Assembly (NCBI RefSeq): GCF_964204645.1
Contig: NC_134025.1
Span: 8,060,001-8,124,000 of the forward strand
Origin: Tubulanus polymorphus
Lineage: Eukaryota > Animalia > Nemertea
Length of the DNA: 64,000 nucleotides
Direction: 5' to 3'
Position numbers and translations under genes: made by a program. Under the pieces are notes generated by a model. That model was not told where the DNA came from. It saw nothing but the letters and a program-made list of their open reading frames with translations, and searched no databases. Positions within the stretch are counted from its first letter, which is position 1. Every line of letters begins with the position of its first letter. This document shows positions 1-22,096 of the stretch, one piece after another.

Positions 1-134
1 GTATACTCAAGACCTTGGTCTTCATCCCATCCACAGTCCAAAAGAAATCTGAATTCATCGACTTGTAAGAGGTAACAGGGTGGACTTTCGCCCATTACTC
101 CAGAAAAAGCGTGTAATTTTACAATGGACGTCAT
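1..134 (-). CDS. CPSF2: Cleavage and polyadenylation specificity factor subunit 2 (CPSF100), first coding exon; gene continues off the left edge
   Basis: Reverse strand from ATG at 134 reads [44 protein letters not shown], matching the conserved CPSF2 N-terminus (MTSIIKL...[19 protein letters not shown]). It is preceded by the acceptor ttctcttgcag. Confidence 0.93.
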   Translation of the reverse strand, partial: MTSIVKLHAFSGVMGESPPCYLLQVDEFRFLLDCGWDEDQGLEY

Positions 135-395
135 GATGTATTATATCATTCACTGCAAGAGAATTTTGACATTAGAATAAAAAATAATATCCTAACACCA
201 TAACAATTACTACAGTTTTTGTTAGGATCTTGTAAGAGGTAACAGGGTGGACTTTCGCCCATTACTCCAGAAAAAGCGTGTAATTTTACAATGGACGTCA
301 TGATGTATTATATCATTCACTGCAAGAGAATTTTGACATTAGAATAAAAAATAATATCCTAACACCATAACAATTACTACAGTTTTTGTTAGGAT
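62..395. repeat. Exact 167-bp tandem duplication (62-228, 229-395) covering the CPSF2 splice acceptor and start codon
   Basis: cttgtaagaggtaacagggtgg...gttaggat occurs twice head-to-tail with no visible differences. Confidence 0.95.
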
Positions 396-1019
396 CGTAG
401 GTTCAATCAAGACTGCTTAACTAGAGCAGCACTCAATGTACAAAAAGCAACATCTTTCCGATCTTTTGCAGAGAATAACCACTAATAAAGCAGATACATT
501 ATCAACGCCCCAGGCCAGGAACAGTAGCCCATTGTCCAGCAAGTGCCAGAATTTCATCCCAAATAGGATAATATCAACTAGAATTAGTGACTAGCCTACT
601 TTCATACTGGATATGATATAGTGAAATATCGGTTTAAATATTACAAACAGATTTTCTGGTCCCCTGAGGTTCGTTACAACGAGGTTCAACTGTACAAGGG
701 GACATGGTGGATTGGCCAGCAGAACACAACACAGCGGCCCGAGCGAGGAGCGAGTGCAGAACAGATGCCGGCGGATCGGACGGATGGGTGGATGATCAAT
801 CAGATCAGATCAGATGATGATGATGGCACCGTGAAACTGGGGTTAGAGGTAGTCTACAAATTATGTACTCACATTAGGATTAAAAACGAGAAACATAATC
901 AGAATCGACAGATTGTGAGATAATTACTGGGCGAATGCAGTATGAGACAAAAGATGAAATTTTAAATGATTTAAGCGGCGAACTTGTAATAAAACAAAAT
1001 TGTGTGACGCCCACTGTAA

Positions 1020-1247
1020 CAACTTACGTGTATCTCATAAATGCCGGTCACCGGACTCGGTCGTTTTTATCGTTTTCCGTGTCCGCGTACTAAGCAGTTT
1101 TGCAAATTGGGTTCGAATCCCGATAAAGTTCAGTAAATGAGTGGAGCGCTAGAGCGAAAATCTGAATTCCATACTTCTAGCTGTCAAAATTTGTTTATTT
1201 ATGGAACGTATCTGAGTCGACGAAAAGCTCATACTTACCTACCAGCT
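1020..1247. promoter_or_regulatory. Putative bidirectional promoter of CPSF2 (-) and DDX11 (+)
   Basis: Locally CpG-richer stretch between divergent genes. Minus-strand donor-like sites at ~1027 (cac|gtaagt) and ~1238 (ag|gtaagtat), and a B-box-like GGGTTCGAATCC at 1109-1120. Confidence 0.55.
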
Positions 1248-6720
<5,473 letters not shown>

Positions 6721-7033
6721 AAGGATCATCAGATGTGGCTACAATACCTCATACTAGTTATTCACATAGTTAAAGCTCCCAGTTAAAAGATGAATGTGAT
6801 TTCATTGGTACTATATAAATATTTTATTTTTTTTTGGATAATATAATACACATTCTACATACAGTAAACACAATTGATTTTGTCAAGTTGAATTTATGGA
6901 TTATTTCAATTTCAATTTGAGTATTCGTCGCAATGGCTGATAGTCATCTGCTTGCATCATTTTACGGCATTGAGCCTCGAAGTAGGATTTGTTCTACATA
7001 GAACAGTTTGCCTCTGATCTCACAATACAGCGG

Positions 7034-10000
7034 TTAACTCAGATGATCAATTTCACTCTGAATTTGTTCCAACTGAAACAGAAATATTGTGATAATAATG
7101 CGATCTTTACAATGAGATGTTTGCAGTTAAATGTAGAAAATACTTGTACCTGTGTATAAAATGCGTAGAGTTCTGAATGAGTAAACTCCATACGTATATG
7201 TTCTTTGTCCTGAAATGTGCAAGAACATCTTCAATGATTATAATCCAAATCCACCAACTCCAGATGTATATTCAAGTTCATACCTGTTTTTCTTCATCTT
7301 TAATTAGCAATTCAAATAAAGCGACTGGCAGTTTCGTTTTTCCTCTGCTGGCTTGAGACATTTGAATGTGTGATCGCCATTTCACTCCATCTAACTATAA
7401 CACAAAATTATAAAACCTTAAAATTTTAAAACCAAGTTTACACTATAGTATGAATTTCATTTTGAGTACCATTAATTGATATAAAGTATATACACCTGTT
7501 TCTTAGAAATTGAACGTTGTCGTAGTTGATCAACAACATTTCTGGCACTGTTCATCCAAGCCTCAACTATGACATTCACCTTGAAATATTTACAATCATA
7601 AATCAATTTTCACTTCCAAAAATAAGTGTCAAAAGGCAAGTTGGAATCGGGGAAAAGTCAGGGATACTTCTTTAGAAAAGTCAGGGAATTATCGGGGAAT
7701 TTTATAAAAAGCTATAAGTCAGGGAAATTTGTTGATTGCTGGATCTCGTGCAAAATCAAACAGTTTTGCCAATAGTTACAAATTAAGAGGTGATGAAAGT
7801 GAAAATGTACCTTTGATTCATCCAATTCAATTTGTTGAAGCTGCTGAGTTAAAACTGCTGGCTTTGCCGTATGATAAGCAGCCTAAAAATACATCCACAC
7901 CAATCAAATTTAGAATGAAGAACTGAGATTGAAATGAGGACTACGTTTGATTGTGGCAATCCACCAGGTGTCACTAGTGTGCATTTAGACAACAACCCCT
8001 GGATTTGAACCACAAAGATCATTTTGAGTTTATCAAGTTTAGCGTACCGAGTTTTCGTACCGACATGCATCTAGTGGGTTTAGCAGTTTTCATAAGTCAG
8101 GCCTACCTGTTGAAGAAAGAATTCTAGTGTGGTCAGAACCAGTTCGAGTTCTTGACTTGTTAAACCCAAAGCAGACTCTAATTTCTCTTCCTCTTCTTCA
8201 CTGAAGGAACGTTCTTCCTAAAACAAAATCCAGGTACACATGATGCCATTCATTTATAACAGACAGATAATTAGTGATTTCAACATTTACCCTCTCATGT
8301 AATTTCTGCAATATCCTTGTGAGAAGCAATGGAAATTTCCCATCGTGTAAACCATTTATCAAAGAGACGGCTTTCTTAATGCTGTAAAAGTGATAAATCA
8401 TGATGATTAAAATTGAGCAATAGATCTGATATCTACGAGAACAAAGGGGCCTTGAGTCCAAGTGAAGATCAAGAACTACACCAGCATTCCCCTAGTCCAG
8501 TTAGCCATTTTTTCCAAAAACTAGGGGTCCAGGGACACCATGCCCACTTGGGAAGTGGTTTCAAATGCTCAACAATCTAACAATTTCAATATTCAAAGCC
8601 CCCTGGTGACCATTTACAAAAACCAATGACCTTAAAACTCACCACAATCATAGAACATGTCAGCAGCTACGATTTTGTAATTGATTGTGATAACAAAATA
8701 TGCCTCGTTACCAATTTAATATGGAAATACTAAGTCATTCTACTATTCAACGCCCCCTGGTGACCATATTCAAAACCAATGACCTCGAAACTCACCACAA
8801 TCATAGAACATGTCATGAGCTACAACTTTGCAATTGATCATGGTAACAAAATATGCCTAGGTACCAATATAATAAGGAAATACTAAGTTATTCTACTATT
8901 CAACGCCCCCTGGTGACCATATAGAAAAACTTATGTTCTTAAAACTCGCAACAATCATAGATGATGTCATGAGCTACAACTTTCCAATTGATTGTGGTTA
9001 CAAAATATTCATAGGTACGAATATAATAAAGAAATGCTAAGATATTGTATTATTCAACGCCCCCCATATACGAATTCCAATTACGGTACCTTGAAACTCA
9101 CCACAATCATAGAACACGTTATGAGCTACAACTTTCTAATTGATTGTGGTAGCGAAATATGCTTAGGTATCAATATAATGTGGAAAAACTTTTTCCCACT
9201 TACGAATGAGTACTGGTGACACCAAGATGGCCGCCAATTGCGTCATAATTGGCTGATGAAAAATACCTGTCTCAGGTATAAAATATCCCTTTCCAAAGAA
9301 CACCCATCACAAATTGTAATGAGAAATGGCAAACCAGTAGGAAGCTACAGGACTCAGAATTCGGGCCAAAATTAACATTTTTGGGCACTAAAAAGGTCAT
9401 AGGACGGCCATCTTGAGTCCGACCGACCCAATTTTTGTTATGTTGATGGGCCCTGGGGGGATTCACATATATCCGAAAGATCAAGGTAATTGATCAAAGC
9501 GTCTTCAAAATTTCCCTCAAAAAGTTCAAAAATGTGTAAAAAGTGCTGATTTTGGCGAACAACAATGGCTGCCAGTCGGCCATCTTGATTCTGACAGGGC
9601 CAGTTTTTGGGCTGAAGATGTGTCTAGGGTAGATACATGTGTAACCCAAATAGCAAGACGTTACCTTGAAGCATCTACAAAACTTCCCAAAATAACTGGA
9701 TTCCGTCTACGGACGGACGGACGGACAAACGGACGGACGGACGGACGGACGGACGAAAAGTGAACGCAATAGCCCGCTGGGACTAAAGTCCCAAGTGGGC
9801 TAAAAAAAGAAGGGGAACCCAAACAGAATGGCTGGTATTCATACAATCATCCCACTTCACCCATTGCTGGAAGTGGTCGTATCCACAGTGCTCTACAATC
9901 CTAGTGTGTACTGAAGCTAAGGTTCTTAGTGACCCCTACCCACCAGGCACCAGGCAGTGGTAGGGCCATCAACCGGAGATGTAGTTTGATTTGAAGGCAA

Positions 10001-10437
10001 TATTGGAGCCCTCTCGCTGGGTTCACAGGGGCTTGTAGTTTGGGGTGAACTGTAGCTTAGATCGTCCAGTATCCCAGGTTGAGGTACTATATATCTGGAA
10101 TACTGGAGGATCTGACTACGGTAGTTTACCCCCAAACTTAGCACGTCGTTGTTACGGTTCTCTAACTACGGTTGTTTGTAGAACAAAGGCTAGGAACTAG
10201 ACTACCCCCAACAAGGCCAAACTACGAGCCTCTATCATCTGTGTGACCGTGACTGTCTGACTGGGCGGTGGTATTCACTTAGACTGTCACTGTGTCGTGT
10301 GTGCCGGTCGCTAGGTTCTATCTTCATTGTTGTGATACGTTTGCTTCAAATCTCAAAGTTAAGACTGAAATTGTATGAAATAGATTGGATTGAATTATTG
10401 AAATGTATCACCTCGAGGTTGCAGTGAACAGTGACAT
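7034..10437 (-). CDS. COMMD10: COMM domain-containing protein 10 (8 coding exons)
   Basis: MSLFTATS|[31 protein letters not shown]|[19 protein letters not shown]...FFLQQ|[15 protein letters not shown]...|...|[12 protein letters not shown]...|[20 protein letters not shown]|[12 protein letters not shown]. Colinear with vertebrate COMMD10, with canonical GT-AG junctions in phase. Confidence 0.95.
8516..9808 (-). mobile_element. Helentron-associated non-autonomous element (HINE/DINE-1-like) in COMMD10 intron 1
   Basis: 11-bp subterminal inverted repeats gcccacttggg (8542-8552) / cccaagtgggc (9790-9800), a 5' hairpin gggact..agtccc, a (GTCC)n microsatellite at 9708-9754, a 3' short palindrome ending ...CTAG, T-runs at both flanks and an internal tandem array. 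Confidence 0.75.
8590..9185. repeat. ~154-bp tandem repeat, about 4 diverged units, inside the HINE
   Basis: Unit start tattcaa.gccccc at 8590, 8744, 8897 and 9051. Confidence 0.9.
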
Positions 10438-10960
10438 TTTATTGATTGATATTTTTTGACAGCACCACTTTTGACAACCGGAAGTATTTACTACGATTGG
10501 TCGACGGCCTTGAGAATATCACTGAATTCAATTCAATTAATACTTTATTGAATAGGGCCTACATTGTTGAAATACTACAGCATATTTTAATATTATAAAG
10601 TGGACAGATTACAAAATAACAAGTGTAAAAGGAAAACACATCAATGTATTATGCTGCAGCCAAGGCCTAAAATGGGCTTATCTAGATAGGTCAATATTAC
10701 ACCTCTCTGTCCAAAGTTCAGCAGTTTAATACTTTTTACTGTGTACCATATTTGATGTATTCTTTACATTACATTCTTATTTCATTTACCTAATCGGTGG
10801 CAGTGGTAAGCTTTTATAATCAGATGGGCTTTATCCAATTGTGAAACTAACCCACAAGTCAGGTTACTGACTATATTCCGGGCCTGTTTCTCTCTTATTC
10901 CTGTAGTATCTTGTATCTGAAAGGGCCAGTGTAATAGCCTAAATAGGCCATTATTAGATA

Positions 10961-11166
10961 GGCAATGTCTATTTTCAACTTGTTTGAATGGATGTTGGGT
11001 GCCCCTGCCATGCTCAGAGAGGATTAATATTTCAGAGATAGCCTAACTACTAATTACTACTTGTTTCAGGACCGTAACGAGTCTGGTTTGATTAGCCTGC
11101 CGGCATACCACCAATATTTATGGAAATAGGGTACCGACAACTGTCCAAATAGTTGAAATAGACATC
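10961..11166. mobile_element. MITE with terminal inverted repeat ggcaatgtctat(t)ttcaact
   Basis: Left end ggcaatgtctattttcaacttgtttg pairs with right end caaatagttgaaatagacat. Confidence 0.65.
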
Positions 11167-11172
11167 AGAATC

Positions 11173-11678
11173 GGTAATGTCTATTTCAACTTAACTTGAG
11201 AGTATATCATCAAGTGGCCTACAGTCAGTTTTGGTGGTACATACCTGATAGAAGTCTTAATAGGACCAGAAAGGACTGGCAGTCGACCTAAAACATTGAT
11301 ATTTCATCCATTCTTCAATGTATTGAAGGATATCTTAAAAATCTGCACTGAAAGGGGTTCATGAGAGAAAAGAGACTCCATGATTTGAAAGTTTAACAAT
11401 ATGTTTCCATGCCTACCAACTGAAGTTTGGTATGTAGGCATGAAAACATAGTGTTAAACTTTCAAATCAAGGAGTCAATTTTCCCTTTTTAACCCCTTTC
11501 AATGAAGACTTTTTTGATATCTTTCAATACAGTTTAAAATGGATTAAAAAGCAATGTTTTAAGTCAGCTGCCAGTCCTTTCTGGTCATAATAAGACTTTA
11601 ATCAGGTATGTACCATCAAAACTGACTGAGCTAGGCCACTTGATATGCTCTCAAGTCAAGTTGAAATAGACATTAGCC
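11173..11678. mobile_element. ~500-bp fold-back MITE sharing termini with the adjacent element
   Basis: Arms are reverse complements along nearly the whole length (e.g. ggtacatacctgat/atcaggtatgtacc, gaccagaaaggactggcag/ctgccagtcctttctggtc), centred at ~11425. Confidence 0.85.
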
Positions 11679-11937
11679 TAAGTTCATGATGATTTGATAT
11701 TAAAAGCAATCCCTTTCTTTTTCTAGAAAATCTAAGCAGTCCACGTTACTCCCACCATAGTGAGTAACCTATCTGTGGTCTAGTTTCACGATCGGATATT
11801 TTCAAAAGCCCATCCGATTATTAAAGGCTTACCACCAACAATTAGGTAACTAACTACTCCCACTACAGCCATTTCAAACACCTTTCCCTTCTTTGACATC
11901 GGCTTGCTTCAAGTGGAACTTCCTACGAATTAGCTCA

Positions 11938-13835
11938 ATGATGAGTGTCTCTACTGCTATATTATATGATGCTTTTACAAATCTATGTGAGAAATTTGAA
12001 GAAGTTCTTTCCATTGCTCAAAACCATGCAAAGAGTAAGTAATTGTCAATTGACTTTTAAAACTTCTATGTTTGTTGCATGGTCGATTTAAGCTCTCGAT
12101 TTTGTTTCTTTATTACACTATTTCACTTGCAGCATCTGTTGAAGAATTTGGCTCTAAAAACTTCGTCAGCGTTTTACAATTGATCAATTTGTATGCCAAG
12201 TTCTTTAAGATGTAAGCACAACAAACCGTTACGTTTATTACTACCAGGGTACTGCTGTAATTTCTTAATTTCAAAGTTGCATTCATTTATTACTATTTCA
12301 GAATTGGTGTCACATCAAGGGATGAATTTGATGAACTGATCAAACAAAATTACAGGTAATTTAGAAATCTGAAAATGATTTGCTTTCTCAATTTTCTCCA
12401 GTTGGAAAATCTATAATTTTGATCTGATTTTCAGTTATGTTCAAATCAGAGATGCAGCTGATCATCTGTATGATGTTGAGGTTTGTTCACATAATTTTCA
12501 GATAAAGAATAGGCCTAACATCCAGTTTCTTTAAAGATGTCCTCAAAAATTCTTTTCTTGTGTACCAGTAGTCACTTGGTTTTCAGTGACCACTAAAAAA
12601 TAGCCTAGAATATAACCATTAAGCTAAAAAAATGTGTTTCTTTTACCTGATTGTGGATCAGTTGATGATAAACTGGGTATACTTCTAGGGAAGAATCAAT
12701 TTTGATAGAGTCTCCCATAGATGAAACCAGCCCAGTACTGGCTTCAAATATTTAAGTCTATCACTGAAATTATTTCTAGGCTGAATATGACGAGTTTCTA
12801 AACAGTTTAGATAAAGCTTTACTGCTCTCTTCAAGTCTGAGGAAGCTGAATATTGGAGATATTTTGCCTGAAAAGATCCCCATTACAGATGTGCAATCGA
12901 AAGAGGAGTTAGACTTGAAAGAAGTAATAAGTTCACAGAACTGTCTACTAGTGCTATTACGTCATTTTGCATGACTTCCATGACGTGACCACGTGGAACA
13001 ACTTCATTCTAATAAGGTGCACATTCTATTTTTCAGCCTATCGTTTAGGTATCATCTGTTTTGCATTATAGTAGTTTCATATTTGTATTCTGTTGTTTCA
13101 GGATGAAATTGAGGCCCGGGGTCACCAGGTTGTTATTCTATCATTTGGTGCTATAGAAGGGGCGGAAATGTGGTATAACGAAGTCAAATGTCAATTTAAA
13201 ATGTATACAAATCCTACACGTGAGGTAAAGTGGAATGAGAAAATAGAATTTCTTATCATCTTCTCTTTGTTTCATACGTTATCCATTTTGTCTGTCCAGA
13301 TTTACCAAGTTTTTGGATTACCGAGGACGTTCAAGGTATGGTATGAACATGAAGAAAAAGATTTGTGTACATTCTTTAATTTCATTTTATGCAAAAAGCA
13401 CAATGTTCATTTCTTGTTTCATATTCAGACCCTCAATTTGAAAAGTTTGATTTGGTATGCCGAGCAGGTAGCTGGTGATAGACAACTCCTTAAACCATAT
13501 GAAGGAATCAAAGATGATACTTTCCAGGTACCACATTTGAAAAATCATTTTTTTTCTATTTACATAATTGGCTAATCCCTCTTGATTCATCCGTTTGATG
13601 GCCTTTCTATTACAGCTTGGTGGTGATTTCATAGTAGATCATACTAGTAAGGTTACCTTTGTCTATCGTAGTAAGACACCACCAGATAGACCAATTATTG
13701 ATCAGATTTTGCAAGCTATGGGACCAAAGGTTTGTATTTTTTTTAGATAAAAACGGAAGCCAACAATTACATTTCCATGCAAGGCCATCTTAGACTGACT
13801 TAAGGTAACTGATGCGTCTTTTTTAGAAACAATGA
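11938..13835 (+). CDS. SELENOL: Selenoprotein L (thioredoxin/AhpC-like fold, UxxU motif with two in-frame UGA-Sec codons)
   Basis: Exon 12780-13016 reads ...NCLLVLLRHFA-TGA(12972)-LP-TGA(12981)-RDHVEQL. Downstream in-phase exons give VVILSFG..EGAEMW, IYQVFGLPRT and Q|LGGDFIVDHTSKVTFVYRSKTPPDRP. RHFAULPURDH is the SelL signature, and a SECIS-like hairpin follows. The 9-nt last exon is less certain. Confidence 0.93.
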
Positions 13836-13873
13836 ATACTAAATCAACAGGTTATTGGCGATTTTATTTTCTG

Positions 13874-13940
13874 AAGAGTGTATGAAAGCGCTAGGACAAA
13901 GCCTCATGACTTCTAGAGCTGGATGGAAATAATCTCACAC
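13874..13940 (+). promoter_or_regulatory. SECIS element in the SelL 3' UTR
   Basis: ATGA core at 13882-13885, helix II agcgctagga/ttctagagct, apical AAA at 13898-13900 and the 3' GA of the non-Watson-Crick quartet at 13922-13923. Confidence 0.85.
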
Positions 13941-15113
13941 GAAAGTATTTCCCATTAACCTTCTGATTTTGTCATTTGGTTGTGATATCAATGAAGATGA
14001 ATATATTTGTAAAAGCAACATCTTGTTTTAATAAATTATAAATTTTGATACTCGATATCTGGATTAGTTTCTTATTTCATGGCTGAATAAAGGCTCATCT
14101 TGTTTCTTTCTACATATTAATTTTGGTTGATAATGAATAATCTAATTGTGTATAATCTGAATTGGAAAAACTATTGTTAGAACTCCATTAAATAATTGAG
14201 TTAAGATCTGACTGGGACAAGAACTAATTTTAACTCGAGAGATGACTTGCACTCACAAATCCTGATAGATTCTGATTGATCCTGGTAAATGGAACACACA
14301 ATTATGAAACCTGGTTCACTTGTAATGCTAAGAAGCAATTCAGTAAACTCCTCTCAACTAGAATACTTTCAAGTCAACAAATATTAAAACCATTGTAACA
14401 AAATGTAAATTAAATTCCATTTTCTAATTCAAATTATTGCCTTAGTTCAAAAATGACTGCTCCCAATTGATTCAGTCTGTTGTACTATATCCAACTTCAA
14501 AGCTTCAAGAACACAAACTTCACCCGAGTGGGCTAAAAAGCTAATTGACGAGTCAATGAGTAAAATAACCTCGACATTTATTCATACAATTGGTAACTAC
14601 ATTCCAGCTCTTGAAAGTTCACTTCTCGAAATATAAGCTAACGCAAAGTCATTCAGATAGTTATCATGGCGCTCAAATATAATTTATATGCATTCAAAGC
14701 AATAAATAGTTTTAACAACAATCATTAAGAATTCCAGGATACTAAGGATTACACACAACTGAATTGGGTTTTTTGAAAAAATACCATTAACATACATGTA
14801 CTTTCATTGTTCAATCGATCAAAATGCATTTAACATATATATTTGAATATTGCACTTAGTCTAAGAGTTACAGTACTTGAAACTTAAAAAGCCACACGAT
14901 ATACTTCATACCATAACAGGAATAAAAGAATACATGTACCTCTTAGAATTCATGACATTAAACTGAATATGGTCTTAAATATCTATGTACAATTTAATTC
15001 TATCCAATAAATATATGTTTTGATATCCAATAGTTTTAGGGCAACAGTATGCGAGTAAATTTTTCTGGCGATGAGACAATCACAGAAGATAGCACACATA
15101 TAAGGCAGATTCT

Positions 15114-19784
<4,671 letters not shown>

Positions 19785-22096
19785 CTATAAAGGCCTTCAC
19801 AAACAAACTACAAAAATATTCAATCATCTATATATTTCCGAACAAATCATATCCATCCAATTCTATAATGCAACAGATAACAATAGTACATTAATGGATG
19901 TGATGATTTAAAAATCTATCAATCGCTTAACAACTTAAATAATGACGCGTGTTGAGTGAGGTATCATACTGTCAGTGTACCGGTATGACGTTTGACTACG
20001 TCGCTACGTCGTCATCCCGAACAAGGAAATGAAATTCTTCATTAAAATAAGGTCCTTTTCAGAATACACAGCGTCTTTTTTGCTGTTAATGTTGATACAA
20101 GTATTCAGCCTAAATACTAAGGAACTCGGAAAAATAACTCTAAAACTAAGGAAACTTGTACTTACCTTAAATAATAGCAGAAATCAACAACAGTTGACTA
20201 CTATCAAAACAATCCTGCCACGTCCAATACTTGTCGCACAGATTTCTGCCACGTCTGCATGCAGCTTATGTCTGAACAGCTCAATTATCAAAACAATCAT
20301 TCTAAAGAATTGATAGTTTAATTGACGAATAAATATTGAAGTTATCGAAAATATTCTAAATATCGTATCATTAGCAAGTTTAGTATAGTATCGTTTAAAG
20401 TATTGAAATCGTTGGTACATAACTTGCCGCAATAGTACGAAAATTTCAGGATTCGAACCCCATTTCATAATCATAAGTAACCAATCAGAGAAGAAGCGCG
20501 AATGTCGTAGTACGCACAGCGTATTTTGATTGGCCACCATTTGATCTTTGCTTTTCGAAAATACGAATCTGCTGCTTATAAAGCTCACAAATCCAAAGAA
20601 AACGTCATATTTCTTCAAAAATGTCTCCAAGAACAGGTTATTCCTAAATCTCTGAATTGGTTGAATAAATTCAAATCAGATCAACCATTTTCAAATGAAG
20701 CAGCATCTCATCTAAGACATTGCATTTTTGAAGCAAAAGAAACTACCAACTCCAATTTCTATAAAATGCGACAAGCAGAACGTTTTCTCAGACACCATAT
20801 ACCTGATGGTTTCCTTTGGCACTCTCTCCATTCGGGCATCAAGAATCTTTGCGCGGTACATCGTCTAAAGAAAAATTCGCATTTCTCTTCCATTCTGAAT
20901 AAATTAATCGACAACAGCCCTTGGACCAAATTTTGCGCTACTGATAATGTTGTCAATCTATCTTCGGCTAAATTAACCAAAACACAAATTCAAGTTCTCG
21001 GTTTAGGATTAAATTTTTCTCTCCCGCATAGAAAACAACACATTTTGGATTTCGTTGAACGTATGGAAAGATCTCCTCCGGCTAGTTTTCAATACAATTT
21101 TATATTCATGAATTTGGACACCATTTGGAATACCCTTCAAGGTCAATCTAATCAGTTCTTTCCTCGGAGATTTTCGATTGCTCTCCAGGAACTTAAATCC
21201 ATCAAAACCATCCGCATCTCCAAGGCTGATAAAGGCGGCAAAATTGTTATTCTAGATTTGATCAATTACAATTCTAAAATGATTGCTATTCTCGGTGATT
21301 CCAATTTCTACAAATCCATCAAAAACAACCCTTTGAAAAAGATGCAATCAGCTTTTAATTTAGGTTTAAAAAACATCTCTAAGAAATTTCCTGACCATTC
21401 GGACTTCATCTCCAAATTTAACTCTCGGCTTCCAAATCTTCCTTATGCTTATGGTCTTCCAAAAATTCATAAACCCAATTCACCGTTAAGACCGATCATT
21501 TCTAATATCAATTCTCCATCATATCGGCTCTCCAAATATCTGGCTAAAGTACTCTCCCCGGCTTTGGGTACTTTTTCTGATTCTCACATTCGTCACAATA
21601 TGGATCTTTTAGACAAACTCAAAAATCTCAGACCTAATGGACAAAAATTTATATCTTTCGACGCTGTTTCCTTGTTCACTAATATACCATTGGAACCAAC
21701 TCTCAATTTCTTAAGAAGAAAACTCCCGGACTCCAATCTTGATCTCCCTATTCCTGTAGAATGCTTACTTGAACTTTTGGAACTCTGTACTACCAATTTA
21801 TATTTCCAATTCCAAGACAAATTCTATGAACAAATTTTCGGTTTCGCTATGGGTAACCCATTATCCCCGATTTTGGCTAATCTTTTCCTTGAACACTTTG
21901 AATCCGAAATTCTCCCTAAGTACGCTGGCTCTAAACCTAACTTTTGGATTAGATATGTTGATGACATTCTGAGCTTAGTTTCTGATAATTTTGATCTTAC
22001 CTCTTTTATCGACTTCATCAACTCCCAATATCCATCTTTGAAATTCACTTTTGAATGGGAACAAAATGACAAAATTCCTTTTTTAGATGTTCTAAT

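Noticed and set aside
621-923. 100-aa ORF in the CPSF2 5' region
   Set aside because: Non-ATG start; spans a Tigger-like MITE end and low-complexity gatca/gat repeats.
1231-1240. ATACTTACCT, identical to the 5' end of U1 snRNA
   Set aside because: No U1 body follows (it runs into the DDX11 ATG). It is the reverse complement of a consensus splice donor.
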